A stretch of DNA of 64,000 bases from Antedon mediterranea (Eukaryota; Animalia; Echinodermata). Each line of letters starts with the position of its first letter. Position 1 is the first letter of the stretch. The stretch lies in assembly GCF_964355755.1 (NCBI RefSeq), contig NC_092677.1, positions 13,600,101 through 13,664,100 on the forward strand, read 5' to 3'. Shown here piece by piece: positions 23,601-36,300 of this stretch. Made by a program: the position numbers and the translations under genes. The notes beneath the pieces were generated by a model. It was not told the origin of the DNA and did not search any database. It saw only the letters and a program-made list of their open reading frames with translations.

Positions 23601-26600
23601 TACAACATATTTCACTACCAATCACCATCCCTGAACAGGTATAGCTCATTATCATTATTATCACTTTATCATGACTACAGTATGAGCAGGAAAGAATGGT
23701 ACAGTGCATATTGGCCGCCGTTCATTCAATTCAGCCACCATCACTAAAGAAAATGCGAGTAAATTATAAAAGTTATACATTTTGGCGACCGAAATGATAT
23801 CAGATAGAAGATTTGGTATTAAAAATAAGTAAATTTGGCCGAAGTGAGAAATTCATAAAAAAAAAGGTCTGGGCTCTCGAAAAATACCATACGCAAAAGA
23901 TAGAACAAGGAACATCAGGTTTATCACTTTTACGATTTTTAGGCCATGGACCTCCAAATGGATCAGTCACTGATGGCTGGATATGGCACTAACAAAATAC
24001 CTTTGAAAGGGTGGAAATATGATAGTTATTAAGGATATTATACAATAGAGTAGGCCTAAAGAAATAATTCTTATCTATGATTTTTACATATATTCATATA
24101 TTCCATACATTATTTTGTGTACATACTGTAGGATATTCTGCTTCCCAGTGCTACATCTACTGATGAGAGTCCAGGTAGAAGACAGCCGGATGCTATTCCA
24201 CCTCACCTGTCGCCTCCAGACTTGATAACGTTGAGAGAGGATGTCTCCGATATGGAGACTATCCAAGTAATTATGTTCACTTTTTTTAGTAGATGGAAGT
24301 ACCGTTAAATATATCAGAATGAATCGTAGTGCTTGCTTGTAGATAAGCTTGTTAATATTATTTTAAAGTTGGTAATGTTGTTTTACAGGTTCCAGTAGAA
24401 GAGGAAATAGCCCAGGATCCGGCTTTCGCAGAAGTGATGCATCAAGTGACGGCAGCAATTAACAGACTAGAAACCGATGAGGAGAGAGAGTAAATAAATA
24501 ATTTTTTATTACCATGTTTTTTGATGATTGATTGGTGTTTTATAATATATAATATATCAATATATTGATAAAATATAAAACACACATGAATATTTAAATA
24601 TTCAATGACAAAGGATAATAATATAGATGATCCTAGGGGACACCCAACAAAAAGTCCCCTTAATAGGGATGTCCCTGAACTCCATATAGACTGAAGGATG
24701 CCCAATTGATTGACAAAAATATTGTCCAACATTACAGTTTCACAGGAAAATTCTACTGTAACTATATATTCTGGCCTACATTAAAAGTTAAAATGTTTTA
24801 AATTGTTTGTTCCATAAAAGTTAAAAAGAACTGCAGGTTTAATAAATTTTGACTTAAGCACTTCTCTATCTTGACTTTAAGCAATAAATGCCAGTCCTTG
24901 TGGGGTTTTTGTTCATGGAGTGCCACAGCCTATTACCTTATTAGTTTATTTATATAACGTCGTTTGTTGATGTTTGATAATGCAATGATTTCTATTATAG
25001 AGAAGGCATCATGCTTGTCGAAGAAGAAACCGGACAATTGTCCCTTTCTCGTGATCATCAAAGAAAAACCAGGGACCGAAAAAGAAAGAGAGGACTACCA
25101 GAACCAGAACCCATTCTACCACCAGATGACGTTGTGCATTCACCAAATTTCCCGAGTGTAAACGAAATTGCATCTATTACAGACGACATACCGTTAAGGG
25201 TCACACAGTTGGATGATATAGAGCAGATTGTCCCTAGGCCACCACCTGAAGAAACACCTCGGACTGATAAGGTTAGTTGAATAAATTGGGACAATATGCT
25301 AAACTTTAAATCTGTCCCTAACATGGAAAATAAAATTATAAATTAGAATATCTAAAACCAAGCAGCTGGTGTGGCTTGCATTAATATTCAGAAAGACTCA
25401 AACACTCAAAGACTTAAACAATGCGCTCCGAGAAAAATGATCTGTATAGATCTATCAGATGTAGAACCGCAAGATATAAAGATCCTTTGTTACTTACTAT
25501 ACTTATGCTCACTATGTCGGTCGGTTGGTAAACACCAACTCAAATTTGTGAACGCGACTGCAGCCATGTATTTCTTTGGATAGAGTTATTAAATAATGAA
25601 TAAACATTTTTTTCTAAAAATGTTTCATTTCAATAGGCTGTGGCACCTCCTAATTTGGAACTGTCTCCAATTGTCGAGATTATTCCTCCAGTGGTACGAA
25701 GACGGAAGAGGAGTCTGTTTGTGGACCAGGAGACCCAGCTGCATAAGACAGACATGAGGCATAACATGGCCACATCAGGTGACCTATGTAAAAAGAATGA
25801 TGTAAGATATTATACTGTATATTGGCATCATTTGGCTTAAAGATGTATTGTTCCCCTGAAAAATAATTTTTTCCAATTTTTTTTTTTTTAATATGCCATT
25901 TTATTGTCACATAATAGTTATTCACTTTGACCAAAATTTGGATCTAAAAACAATTTATTTACCTGAAAAAACTGTAATTTAAAGCAAAAAGTGGTCAAAT
26001 TGGCTGCGTGCCAGTCAATGGATTTTTGGTTGAATTTAGCCATTTATTAGGTTATTTTATAAGTGAAAACATTATTTTTTGGGTGTTTTTTTTTCTACGG
26101 AAGTGATTAACTTTATTTATTTATAACAAAGTCTGATTTAATTAATCTTCATTTCATTTTTCATGTTTTTGGGGACCAATACATCTTTAACTACTTCTAG
26201 TAGTTAAATGTTACCATTATTACACCCAAATAAATAAACATCCTCACCCCCCAAAAACCCTCCTGAAAAATAAGTTCCAGAGCGTTTATTTGAATAAATA
26301 CAGTATGCAATTTATTCTAGGATTGTACTATGTTTTGATCCTACACATACTTATCCATTGCAATAATTCATTTTTCATTGTTTCCATAGATAATATCAAT
26401 ACCAAAACATCCAAGTGCCAGAGAGCTGTTCAATCTTCCAACTAGAGTTGGTAAGTCCTGAATGTCAAAACTCAGGGGTGTTCTAGTGTCGGCCCTATTT
26501 TTTGCTAATTCGGTACAGTAACTTTTATATGTATATATTTATTGTGATTTTTTGCCTTGCCTTTTTCTTGTAATTGTATTTGAAGTTTCCATTTTTATAT

Positions 26601-29600
26601 TCATATATATATTTTTAAATCATGAAAAATGCCTTTTATAGTTTATATTTTTTATAGGCCTAATTTTTAAAAACCATTGTAACAAGTATAGGTTTTCTTC
26701 GGTACATGGTTCGGTACATTATCGATCTCCACATGTTAAATTTGAGATTTTAATATGTGTTGATAGCGTACCACTTTTTGAATGATATATTAAGCCATTG
26801 GTCCTGTGTTAAATATGGCGCAATCATGTGCATGTTTAAAGAAAGAGTAGATCGTCTCTGGTGTACTGCCAAATTGACAAGACAGAAGGACCCTACCAGA
26901 AACAAGTCCGCGCCAAATTTTGTGTAAAAATAACATAGATTCTATATTTTTATTACCGTTACCGCTTGTAAATTGGCTTTTAGTGGGTTATCCTTGTGCA
27001 ACATTCAAAATAATAACAACAAACAACAAAATGTAGCATTTGTAAATAATTTTAATAATCTAGTTAAAATGTATTAAATTTATTTCCGGATTAAATAGAA
27101 ACTCATAAGAATATCCATTCAACTCATTAAAAGCATTCATTGTATACTTTCTGTAGGTATGCGAAAAAGCAAACCAATGATGGCAATATGGAAAAGACAT
27201 GCTGTACCATGTGACTACGAAAGTCCGTCAGAATACGAGAACCAAATCTGGAGTACCATCTACCTCAGAGAAATGGCTAGTGATGAGGATAACACCAGAG
27301 TAAGGCAATTTCTTTATGCCATGATTATTACGAGTTGTAGTAGTCCTGAAGGCTATAATTCTTGATTCCATACAGCCCTGAGAACAATAGACTTTCGGCC
27401 CTCTTTCTTGCCTCTAGCCCTCTTTCTTGGACCTACAGCCCTCTTTTTAGGCTTCCAGCCCTCTTTTTTGCCTCTAGCCCTCTTTCTTGGGCCAGCCCTC
27501 TTTTTAGGCTTCCAGCCCTCTTTCTTGCCTCTAGCCCTCTTTCTTGGACCTACAGCCCTCTTTTTAGGCTTCCAGCCCTCTTTCTTGCCTCTAGCCTTCT
27601 TTCTTGGACCTACAGCCCTCTTTTTAGGTTTCCAGCCCTCTTTCTTGCCTCTAGCCCTCTTTCTTGGACCTACAGCCCTCTTTTTAGGCTTCCAGCCCTC
27701 TTTCTTGGACCTACAGCCCTCTTTTTAGGCTTCCAGCCCTCTTAATTGCCTCTAGCCCTCTTTCTTGGGCCTACAGCCCTCTTTTTAGGCTTCCAGCCCT
27801 CTTTCTTGCCTCTAGCCCTCTTTCTTGGGCCTACAGCCCTCTTTTTAGGCTGCCAGCCCTCTTTCTTAGGCCTCCAGCCCTTGATACATAATAAAAAATA
27901 TCCTCTAGGCAATGGTGATAAAAAAACGATGGTGAGTTTTTAACCCAGGGCTAACGTATGGTTGCCTGAGCACCACTTAGATCCAACTGTCTTTTCTTTA
28001 ACAAACGTTGATTGCGCGTACACTATTGATAGTCGTAAGGATAGCCGCTAGTCTCAAATACCATTTTGTCGGACACAATTTATGAGTTGGAAATACCTCG
28101 ACGCTTCGCATTGAAAGTATGTATATACTATTTATATTTCAATTTTGTCCATAATTATATAAGTGATGATAAAATGCACGCATCTATACCGGCATTTTAC
28201 AAACATGGCTTCCGAGGACTATTTCTATGTTAACCAATTCTAATGGTTTTTCTCCAGGAATTATCTGATATAGAGAGAATAAGACGCACCATGACGGAAA
28301 GTAGAAGTCTCCTATTAACTGGTAAGTATAACACAGTTTCTCTCACTACATCCAAAAGTGTTATACAGTCAACAGTACCAGACACCTTTGGGCTAGCGAA
28401 CAAATATGTCTGTTTTCCGGAATGTCTGGCATTGGGAATGTGTTTTTTTATGTTAAAAATGAATTTGGGCATCATACAAGAAAAGTCTGGTATTGGGACT
28501 GGGAGAGTTTCTGGTTTTCAGAGACAGAGTCCGATATTGGGAGAGTAACTGTATTACTGAAATACTCTGGCACACCACAAGTACTGAATCTCAGGAAAAA
28601 ATAAGATTATTAAATATCTGATATACCTATTAAATCATAAATTCTTTTTTATTGACTGTGTAAAAAAACAAAGTCTATATAGGCCTACAGTATAACAAAT
28701 ATGAAATATTATGCCTTTCTTTCAGATTTAACTTCACTATCAGAAACAAGAGAGCGAGATGCTGACAGGTAGGTATTTAAAAACATGATCTAAGGATAGA
28801 GACATCACATAATAGACCACAAGCCTGTTTAAAGCCTATTTTCCACTAGGAGGATTTTTTTGTGACAAAACCATATTCAACAAAACATTTTTTTTAAATG
28901 TTTTTTCATGGGGACAGTACAGTACATCTTTAAAAACTATTTGATCGTTGTTACTAGTGAGATTTTAAATTTTTTAATTGTAACTATTGCATAAATCAAA
29001 TATTCTTTATCTAGATTCTCATCTAGTCTTGCAAGACCACTGACCACCAACAGTATTGAAGAAGTACCAAGGGAACTTGAAATGGCGGAACAACAACAAA
29101 CAGAATTTGATCCAATTCCAGAACACATTTTAGGGGAAACAGGGAGAGAACTAGGCAGGTGAGAAACACAAAACTGATTTTCCGATTTTATGCAATATAT
29201 TTTTTCATAACAAATTTATTATCACTAGCCTACCAGATGTTTCATAGTCTATTGTATATGCAGCGGCATAACACAGTGGCCAAGGCCTCTTGTTTAGCAC
29301 TCCTAAGAGGCCCTTCAACCATAGATAGAGGTATACTGTAACCTCATGCTCCAATGCTAAGTAGTTGCATTGGGCTGCTCATGCTCTAGGTTTATCAACG
29401 AATCAATGGCCGAGAGGTTAAGGTAGGTGCGCCGTTCACTGTACCTAAAGAACCAACAATATGGCATGGGTTCTAGGCCGACTCGCTCCTAGTTTAGGTG
29501 GTAGAACAAGTCCACTCAGATAAGGAAAACCCTTTGCACTAAAGAACCCAGTTCATCATTCAAAAAGAGTAGGAGGTTACCCGGTGAACGCTTGGCCACA

Positions 29601-31143
29601 TGTGCCAAAGACATAAAAAATATTATAAAATATCTTAACTATTTGTTGGTATTTATTATTACAACCTATTAATATATTCTAGTGCTATTAATAATATTTT
29701 GTATTTTGTTGCTGTTTAGAATTTTAAAATAATCAAATAAATTTTTTGAGATGGTGCAGCATTATGTCTCATGTCCAATGGTGCAAATCATTATGTGGTT
29801 TTAAGACTGTTCTCGGTTATTATTTATGTCTTTTTTTATTGTGTAATTTTTAAATTGTTGGTATTGATTGTTTTAAATTAAGCTGATGTTTATGTTTTTT
29901 TCATGTACAGCGCTTAGAGTTTGTTTCTGTCATTTTGAAGCGCTTTATAAATTTAATTTATTATTATTATTATTATTTATTATTCTTAATTTCAAATTAA
30001 TCTATATCCAATAAACCCTTACAGTAGTAGTGACGAAGTCCCAATAGAACTTGTACCGGAGCAACAGATAGAATTGGACGATATTAGATATGGACAGAGG
30101 GATATTAGAGAACTGGACACAGTAACAGTTCATGAAGAGAAAATAGCTTTAGCAGACCTTTTGAACGGTTCAGAACAATCTTTCGCAAGGTAAGTCTTAA
30201 TAAGTAATACTGTATGTTACAATATAGAAGGCACGTGTTACAAGAGACAATGTCGCTATAGAAGCATATACTTTTTACAAAGTTGAATTAAACTACAGTA
30301 TTATCATTTTAAAATATATGTTTACCACAATTTTTAAATTCAGAGACATTAGTAACCTGATGGAAGATGGGTCGGTAACATTCCTTGAACTGTGCCCTTA
30401 TACTACTTACAGACAGGCAGTGGCGAGAATGTTCTATGTCTGCTTAGGTAAGTTTAGATATGCAGTTGATTTAGCCACACCCCACAAGCAATTTTGGTTT
30501 GTGGTTCCTGGGTTCAGGTCTATTTTGTTGAGTAGAATGTAGATTTACATATTCAGCTCCATTTTTTAGTTGCGTGCTGAAGTTAGTGTTTACCGACAGA
30601 CCGACCGACATAGTGAGCTGTAGAAAAAATATATTATACTATAAAAATATTATACAAATAGTGAATGTTTATGAGTGTGATGGTATAAATAATTTCAAAG
30701 GTAAAAGTTGTATTTTCACGAGGTGACAGCCGAGTGAGAAAATTATCTTGTTGTTATGGGGCATCACTGGAGCATGTGTACAGTAAAGCCTTTGGAGCAA
30801 TGCATTGTTATTGTGCTGTCGTTAAGGTCGTGCTGTCCGGGCTTCACCCGATAAAAATCGTAATACACTGCCTGCGCTATGTGGAGAAATTAATAGGGCA
30901 CTTACTTGTTACCATGGACCAACAATCGTCCAATCAAATGACAGCAATTTATTTAGGTGTTATATAATGTACAGTACGCGTATACGACCCTAGTTAAGTA
31001 AAAATAGTATACACCTACTTTATGTTCAATTATTTATTTTTTCTTTTTCAGTGCTGTGTGAAAAGGGTGTTATCAAAGTGTCACAGCCTGAATTCTATGG
31101 CACAATAACGATTGAACGAGGGCCAAATTTTCCCTTGTTTTAG
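20686..31143 (+). CDS. REC8: Meiotic cohesin alpha-kleisin REC8, 17 coding exons, ~631 aa
   Basis: Exons (+): 20686-20741, 21306-21374, 22275-22393, 23060-23135, 23551-23638, 24132-24266, 24389-24489, 25001-25271, 25637-25801, 26390-26450, 27157-27299, 28258-28321, 28726-28768, 29015-29158, 30025-30189, 30344-30447, 31052-31143 (1896 nt, phases consistent). N-terminus MFYSHNILQKKGGRFGKIWIAATRSSKLTKREYVTINVANTC..PRLSLYLSSQLMFGVVRV resembles REC8 rather than RAD21. Central RRRKRSLFVDQETQL. C-terminal winged helix VARMFYVCLVLCEKGVIKVSQPEFYGTITIERGPNF. Central exons are less certain. Confidence 0.9.
21521..21790 (+). mobile_element. tRNA-derived SINE (family A), best-preserved copy
   Basis: A-box TGGCCGAGCGG, B-box GGTTCGAGGCT and complementary ends GAGCGAGTGAG..CTCACTCGCTC, then a body with AAAGAACC. 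Other copies at ~11179, ~29405, ~38140 and, on the minus strand, ~61190. Confidence 0.8.
23170..23395 (+). mobile_element. SINE family B (Nin/Deu-domain-like) copy
   Basis: Shares GGTGTACAAAT..GGTCAAGACACAA..GATTACTAGCTGCAT with the 47735 copy and ends TATAAATCCAGGATTTATTATTATT. Confidence 0.6.
25841..26186. mobile_element. TTAA-flanked non-autonomous DNA transposon (Kolobok-like MITE)
   Basis: TTAA|AGATGTATTGTTCCCC ... GGGGACCAATACATCT|TTAA. Homologous copies at 43833-44172 and, decayed, ~33990-34380. Confidence 0.8.
27399..27880. repeat. Pyrimidine-rich 60-bp tandem repeat (three ~20-bp GCCCTCTTT subunits), ~8 copies, in a REC8 intron
   Basis: Unit GCCCTCTTTCTTGCCTCTA-GCCCTCTTTCTTGGACCTACA-GCCCTCTTTTTAGGCTTCCA. 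It gives the 20-aa periodic spurious ORFs. Confidence 0.9.
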
Positions 31144-33349
31144 AACCAAGATTTGGGATTTCAAGAAAAAAAAGTAAATGACTATAATAACATTTTCAGT
31201 AAAAATAAAATAAAAGAATTGCAACTTGCAAGAGAAGTTTGGTTCTCACTTGCATGCAACGCAAAGACGTAGTTTGAACCATCAGGATTGGTTAAGTTAC
31301 TTGCGGTCTGTTTACATCTTTGCGTTGCGTCCACGTAGGAAACGATATTGTTGTATTCACACATGTTCTCTGCTTTACAAATGAAGACGGCGTGCGCGTT
31401 ATTCAACTCTTAATTGTACGATTTTCCATTTAACAAAACAGCACCATCTTTCATTACATCTTCAAACAATAACATGACTGAAATTTTAATGTGTTTGTTG
31501 TACGCACATGATTTTAATTGATAAACACTCGGGTTCGAATTTTTAAATTTGTATACATTTTGTATTTTGACACTTTTTTTTTAATACTGTTTAAATCCCT
31601 ATTATATTAATATAACCGTATTAACATAAAAATATAAATATATATATTAACATAAAAATATGATACATATCGTCAATGTTGTACCTTTGTGTCTGTTTAT
31701 GCATTATTTTCCAACGTATTGCATTCCAATATAAATATGATTATTTATTACATAATATACTATTTATAACCTATTTATGTACACACATAAAAATAAATAA
31801 TATATCATATATATAGGTCCTATTTTAATTTTCGATGAATTTTTATGATTTTTAATTGAAATATTTATGTACTATTTTAATATAAAATGGTAACATTTGC
31901 AATATTATTTTCATTATATTTGCAATATTATTTTCATTATATTTGCAATAGTTTTAAAATTTAATATACCCTATTGTATTTGTAGTTGTTTTAAAGTAAT
32001 ATTAATTTTTTAATAAATCAATAGTTATTTGTTTTAAAAAAAATTCTGAACACAAAATTTAATAACAATTTGTATACACTTTTTAAGAATACATTTTTGT
32101 GATTCAAATTTTCAACAAAAAAAATATAAATATAAAAAAATAACAATTTAGTCTGCTTATTTGTTTTGTAAGAATTCAAGTTATATTCACTGCTCTCATG
32201 TTTCTATGCACAAAAATAGTACAGTATGTATATTCTGTACAGTTGTATTTTAAATGTTCAAATACTGTATTAATGTCTGTGTTAGACTTTGCATTATAAA
32301 TTGCACATGGTTAATTAAATTAATCTCTACATCATATTTACTATAATATATATATTAGATATGTTACAATTAACAATGTTTTGTAATTTAATTTTTATTA
32401 ATAATGAAAATAATTTACACTTTAATATATTTATAAATTTTAATTGAAATATTTATGTATTATTTGATAACATATTAGTATTTTAAGATGCATTAAATTT
32501 ACCAAAATCTTATTATAAATGTTAATATAATGAAAATAATTTTTATATCATTATATACTTATAATTTTAAAATATTTATGAAATTTAATTGAAATATTTA
32601 TGTAATATTTTATAACATTTGCAATATCATTTTTACATTATATGCATTAAGTTTACCAAAATTGTTTAATTTAATATGCAATATATTTTCAAAATGTATA
32701 TACAGCATTATCTCTTTATACAGTAGTTTTATACAATTTTTCCATCTCACTGATATGGTGAATAAAATGTAATTATGTTTATTTTATTGACGTTTTTATA
32801 AGTTTTAAACTTTTGAATTGAATCAATGTTATAATAAAATTATAAAAAAAACAAATTATGGATTGTATGAAATTTATTCCACAGTGTACATTGTTTCATT
32901 TGGATTTCGGTTTAAATCAATCAGTCGCACTTTATTTTGGTTGTGATTCCGGTATTTGGTATGGAGTACCGATAGCTACGCTACATTCTTTTTTTGTTGT
33001 GATTAGTAGGCCTATTAATAAAGTCTGCATTTGTTGTGAATGAAACGCATTATGCCATCGAATGATTTGATTTTTTGATTTGATTTATTTCGGCATCAGT
33101 ACATAAAATATCACAGACATACAATTAAAATTGGCAAAAATAAAAATACCAAAATAAAACAAGGATGCCAAGGAAAAAGAATCATATAAATATTAGTCAT
33201 GTGCCTGTTAAAATTTATATTTATTTGGCATTTTACGTTCTTGACTTAATACAACCACCGACAATGATTTTAGGCTGAAATGTTCTCAATGCAGCCAGTG
33301 AAAGAAATGGACAAAATTTATTGACAACCTGGAAACCACTATAACAACA

Positions 33350-36300
33350 ATGGCAGCCTCCTGTATAAAAGACATGACTTATTTTTCAGTCGTGTTGTTC
33401 TCTTATCCACGACTAAGTAGGCTAAATTTATTTAAAAAATACATTTGTAATATCAATAGATATTCTACAGCAGTAAGTTAACCTACAATTGAATATATAT
33501 ATATTTGTTAATATTAGGTATAGGCCTAGGCCTAGTACTAGCCTATATTTGTTACGCTCCCTCGTTCGCTCTAGCCTATCGATGATGATGTCTAGCTAGG
33601 CTTTTTGGTGGCTTCCATGCCGCCTTTACTATTACTATGATTACGGTCTTACGCCAGTGTAGTAGGCCTAAATTAAATTGTTATTTTGGTATGTTCGCAT
33701 TACTGTATATGGTTAAATAAGGAAAGTTCAACATGCACACAACTCCTGTTTTCCTTATTGATAGATAAAACAACCTAACTTACCACATGACAGACAGAAC
33801 AAACACCCGTCCACCACATGTCCAGAAGTTGAATAAGACTAAAGAGTTGAGAGAAGCTTGTTTAGAACTGATGGCCTTTAATTTGCATAAAAATAACTTG
33901 ATCCCAGGGGCCACAATTATTATTCTCTAGTTCTAATCAATAGTTTGAGTTTATAGATAGTTGTATCATTGTACTTTACATTTTATTGCTTAAAAGATAT
34001 TTAATTATTCTCCCCACAAAAAAATAATAGTTAAACATTTTTTTTTGTTGAATATGCCATTGATTTTACACATGTCACATACTGTATAATAATAGTTATT
34101 TTATTCACTTGGACCAAAAGTTGTTTTATTGTTGAAAAAAGACAATTATTTTCCTGAGAAAAAACCCTGTAATTTAATGCAAAAAATAAATTTTCAGACA
34201 GTGAATTTTTGGATCATGTAGTAATAATTATTTCTCCATGTTTACATTTTGTATGTATTTAGTTTTTTTAATATTTTTTTCTACAAGTATTAAGTAACTG
34301 CCAAATGGCATATTCAAAGTCTGATTTATTAATCTTCATTTTTCATTGTTAACATTTTATAATATTAAAATCTATTTAATAAAATTGAAATATTATTTGC
34401 ACATTTGAATAATCCTTTAAAAAAAAAGTTAAGAAAATAACATTCCTTATCAACCAACTAGGTTACTGTTAAAAAGCACCAAACAACTATGGATGAAAAT
34501 GTGGATACAAATTCATCAACATTTGTACACCGCAAGCACCCAGGCATACTAAAATGTCGCAATGTACAGTTACCAGTGTCACTTCAGGAAAGCATTACAG
34601 TTTTATTAGCAAGTATGTATTTAAATAAATGTTTAAACTATCAATACTCATATTAATTCTTTAAGAAGATATACAAAACTAGAAAGCCACTCTGAGAGTG
34701 CATACCTCCACCTACTGTAAAATTCTCCTACATAAGATTTCTCCGGTAAAAAAAGATATATATATATATATTTGTGTGTGTCTTAATGCTGTTTCTGATT
34801 TAGGCTAATTTCATTACAAGCATGTGTATGCGAGTTTGGTGTAATGGTTATGTAACAAGCCTTTCAATTAACAACAATAGCTTCAGTTGACTAACAATAG
34901 AACAGCAACGCGAAAATCAAACGAGTGAATTTGAAAAGAAATAGGTTTTTTAAACTACTCGCATCAAAAAACGTGCACATTAAATCAAATTATGTTTTAA
35001 AATTACAAATCACAGATTATAACTCTTGCCTCTTGTTAAAAAATGAAGTTTTTTGGACAAGTAGTTCTCGAGAAAATGCAATTTCAGTTTACTTGTTACT
35101 TTAAAACTGCTCGCCGGCTTTTGAAAAATTCTGTCCTATCTTTTAACACTAGCAGGTCTGAAAAAGTATACTAAAAAGTGGTCCAGAATTGGGACTGTGG
35201 TCCCAAATGGTCCCAAAATTTAATTGAATGGTCCTTGACCACATATCTATCTGTCTATTCATTTTGGTAAAGATCTTGTAATTACTTTTTGAGTAATCCT
35301 ACTAACAAACAAACAAACAAACACACGCTACCGATTACATATACCTCCTTGGCGGAGGTAAATAAATATAACAAATTAATAAATAATAATATCCTGGATT
35401 TATATAGCGCCTAATGTTGTGAAACCTCTAACCGCTGAACATTATTACCCCAGTCATTTTTTGCATCAAACACGTATGGAAACATACTCCCATAATGCAG
35501 TTAGTAATCAATTTAATGCAGCTAGTAATCAATTTAATGCAGTTAGTAATCAATTTAATGCAGCTAGTAATCAATTTAATGCAGTTAGTAATCAATTTAA
35601 TGCAGCTAGTAATCAATTTAATGCAGTTAGTAATCAATTTAATGCAGCTAGTAATCAATTTAATGCAGCTAGTAATCAATTTAATGCAGCTAGTAATCAA
35701 TTTAATGCAGCTAGTAATCAATTTAATGCAGCTAGTAATCAATTTAATGCAGTTAGTAATCAATTTAATGCAGCTAGTAATCAATTTAATGCAGTTAGTA
35801 ATCAATTTAATGCAGTTAGTAATCAATTTAATGCAGCTAGTAATCAATTTAATGCAGCTAGTAATCAATTTAATGCAGCTAGTAATCAATTTAATGCAGC
35901 TAGTAATCAATTTAATGCAGCTAGTAATCAATTTAATGCAGCTAGTAATCAATTTAATGCAGCTAGTAATCAATTTAATGCAGTTAGTAATCAATTTAAT
36001 GCAGTTAGTAATCAATTTAATGCAGCTAGTAATCAATTTAATGCAGTTAGTAATCAATTTAATGCAGCTAGTAATCAATTTAATGCAGCTAGTAATCAAT
36101 TTAATGCAGTTAGTAATCAATTTAATGCAGTTAGTAATCAATTTAATGCAGTTAGTAATCAATTTAATGCAGTTAGTAATCAATTTAATGCAGTTAGTAA
36201 TCAATTTAATGCAGTTAGTAATCAATTTAATGCAGCTAGTAATCAATTTAATGCAGTTAGTAATCAATTTAATGCAGCTAGTAATCAATTTAATGCAGCT

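Noticed and set aside
23943-24010. Possible extra REC8 exon (AMDLQMDQSLMAGYG..) after a good acceptor
   Set aside because: No phase-0 GT donor was found to join 24132, and the model is in frame without it. It remains possible with a non-canonical donor.
27362-27943. Hydrophobic repeat ORFs resembling membrane proteins
   Set aside because: A 60-bp tandem repeat in a REC8 intron; the flanking exons join in phase without it.
20686-31143. Calling the kleisin RAD21 or RAD21L
   Set aside because: The N-terminus WIAATRSSKLTKREY and SLYLSSQL match REC8, not the RAD21-type WLAAHWDKKL / ALRTSGHLL.
31500-32850. Extremely AT-rich tract downstream of REC8
   Set aside because: Low-complexity 3' UTR or intergenic sequence with only short local duplications; no supportable feature.
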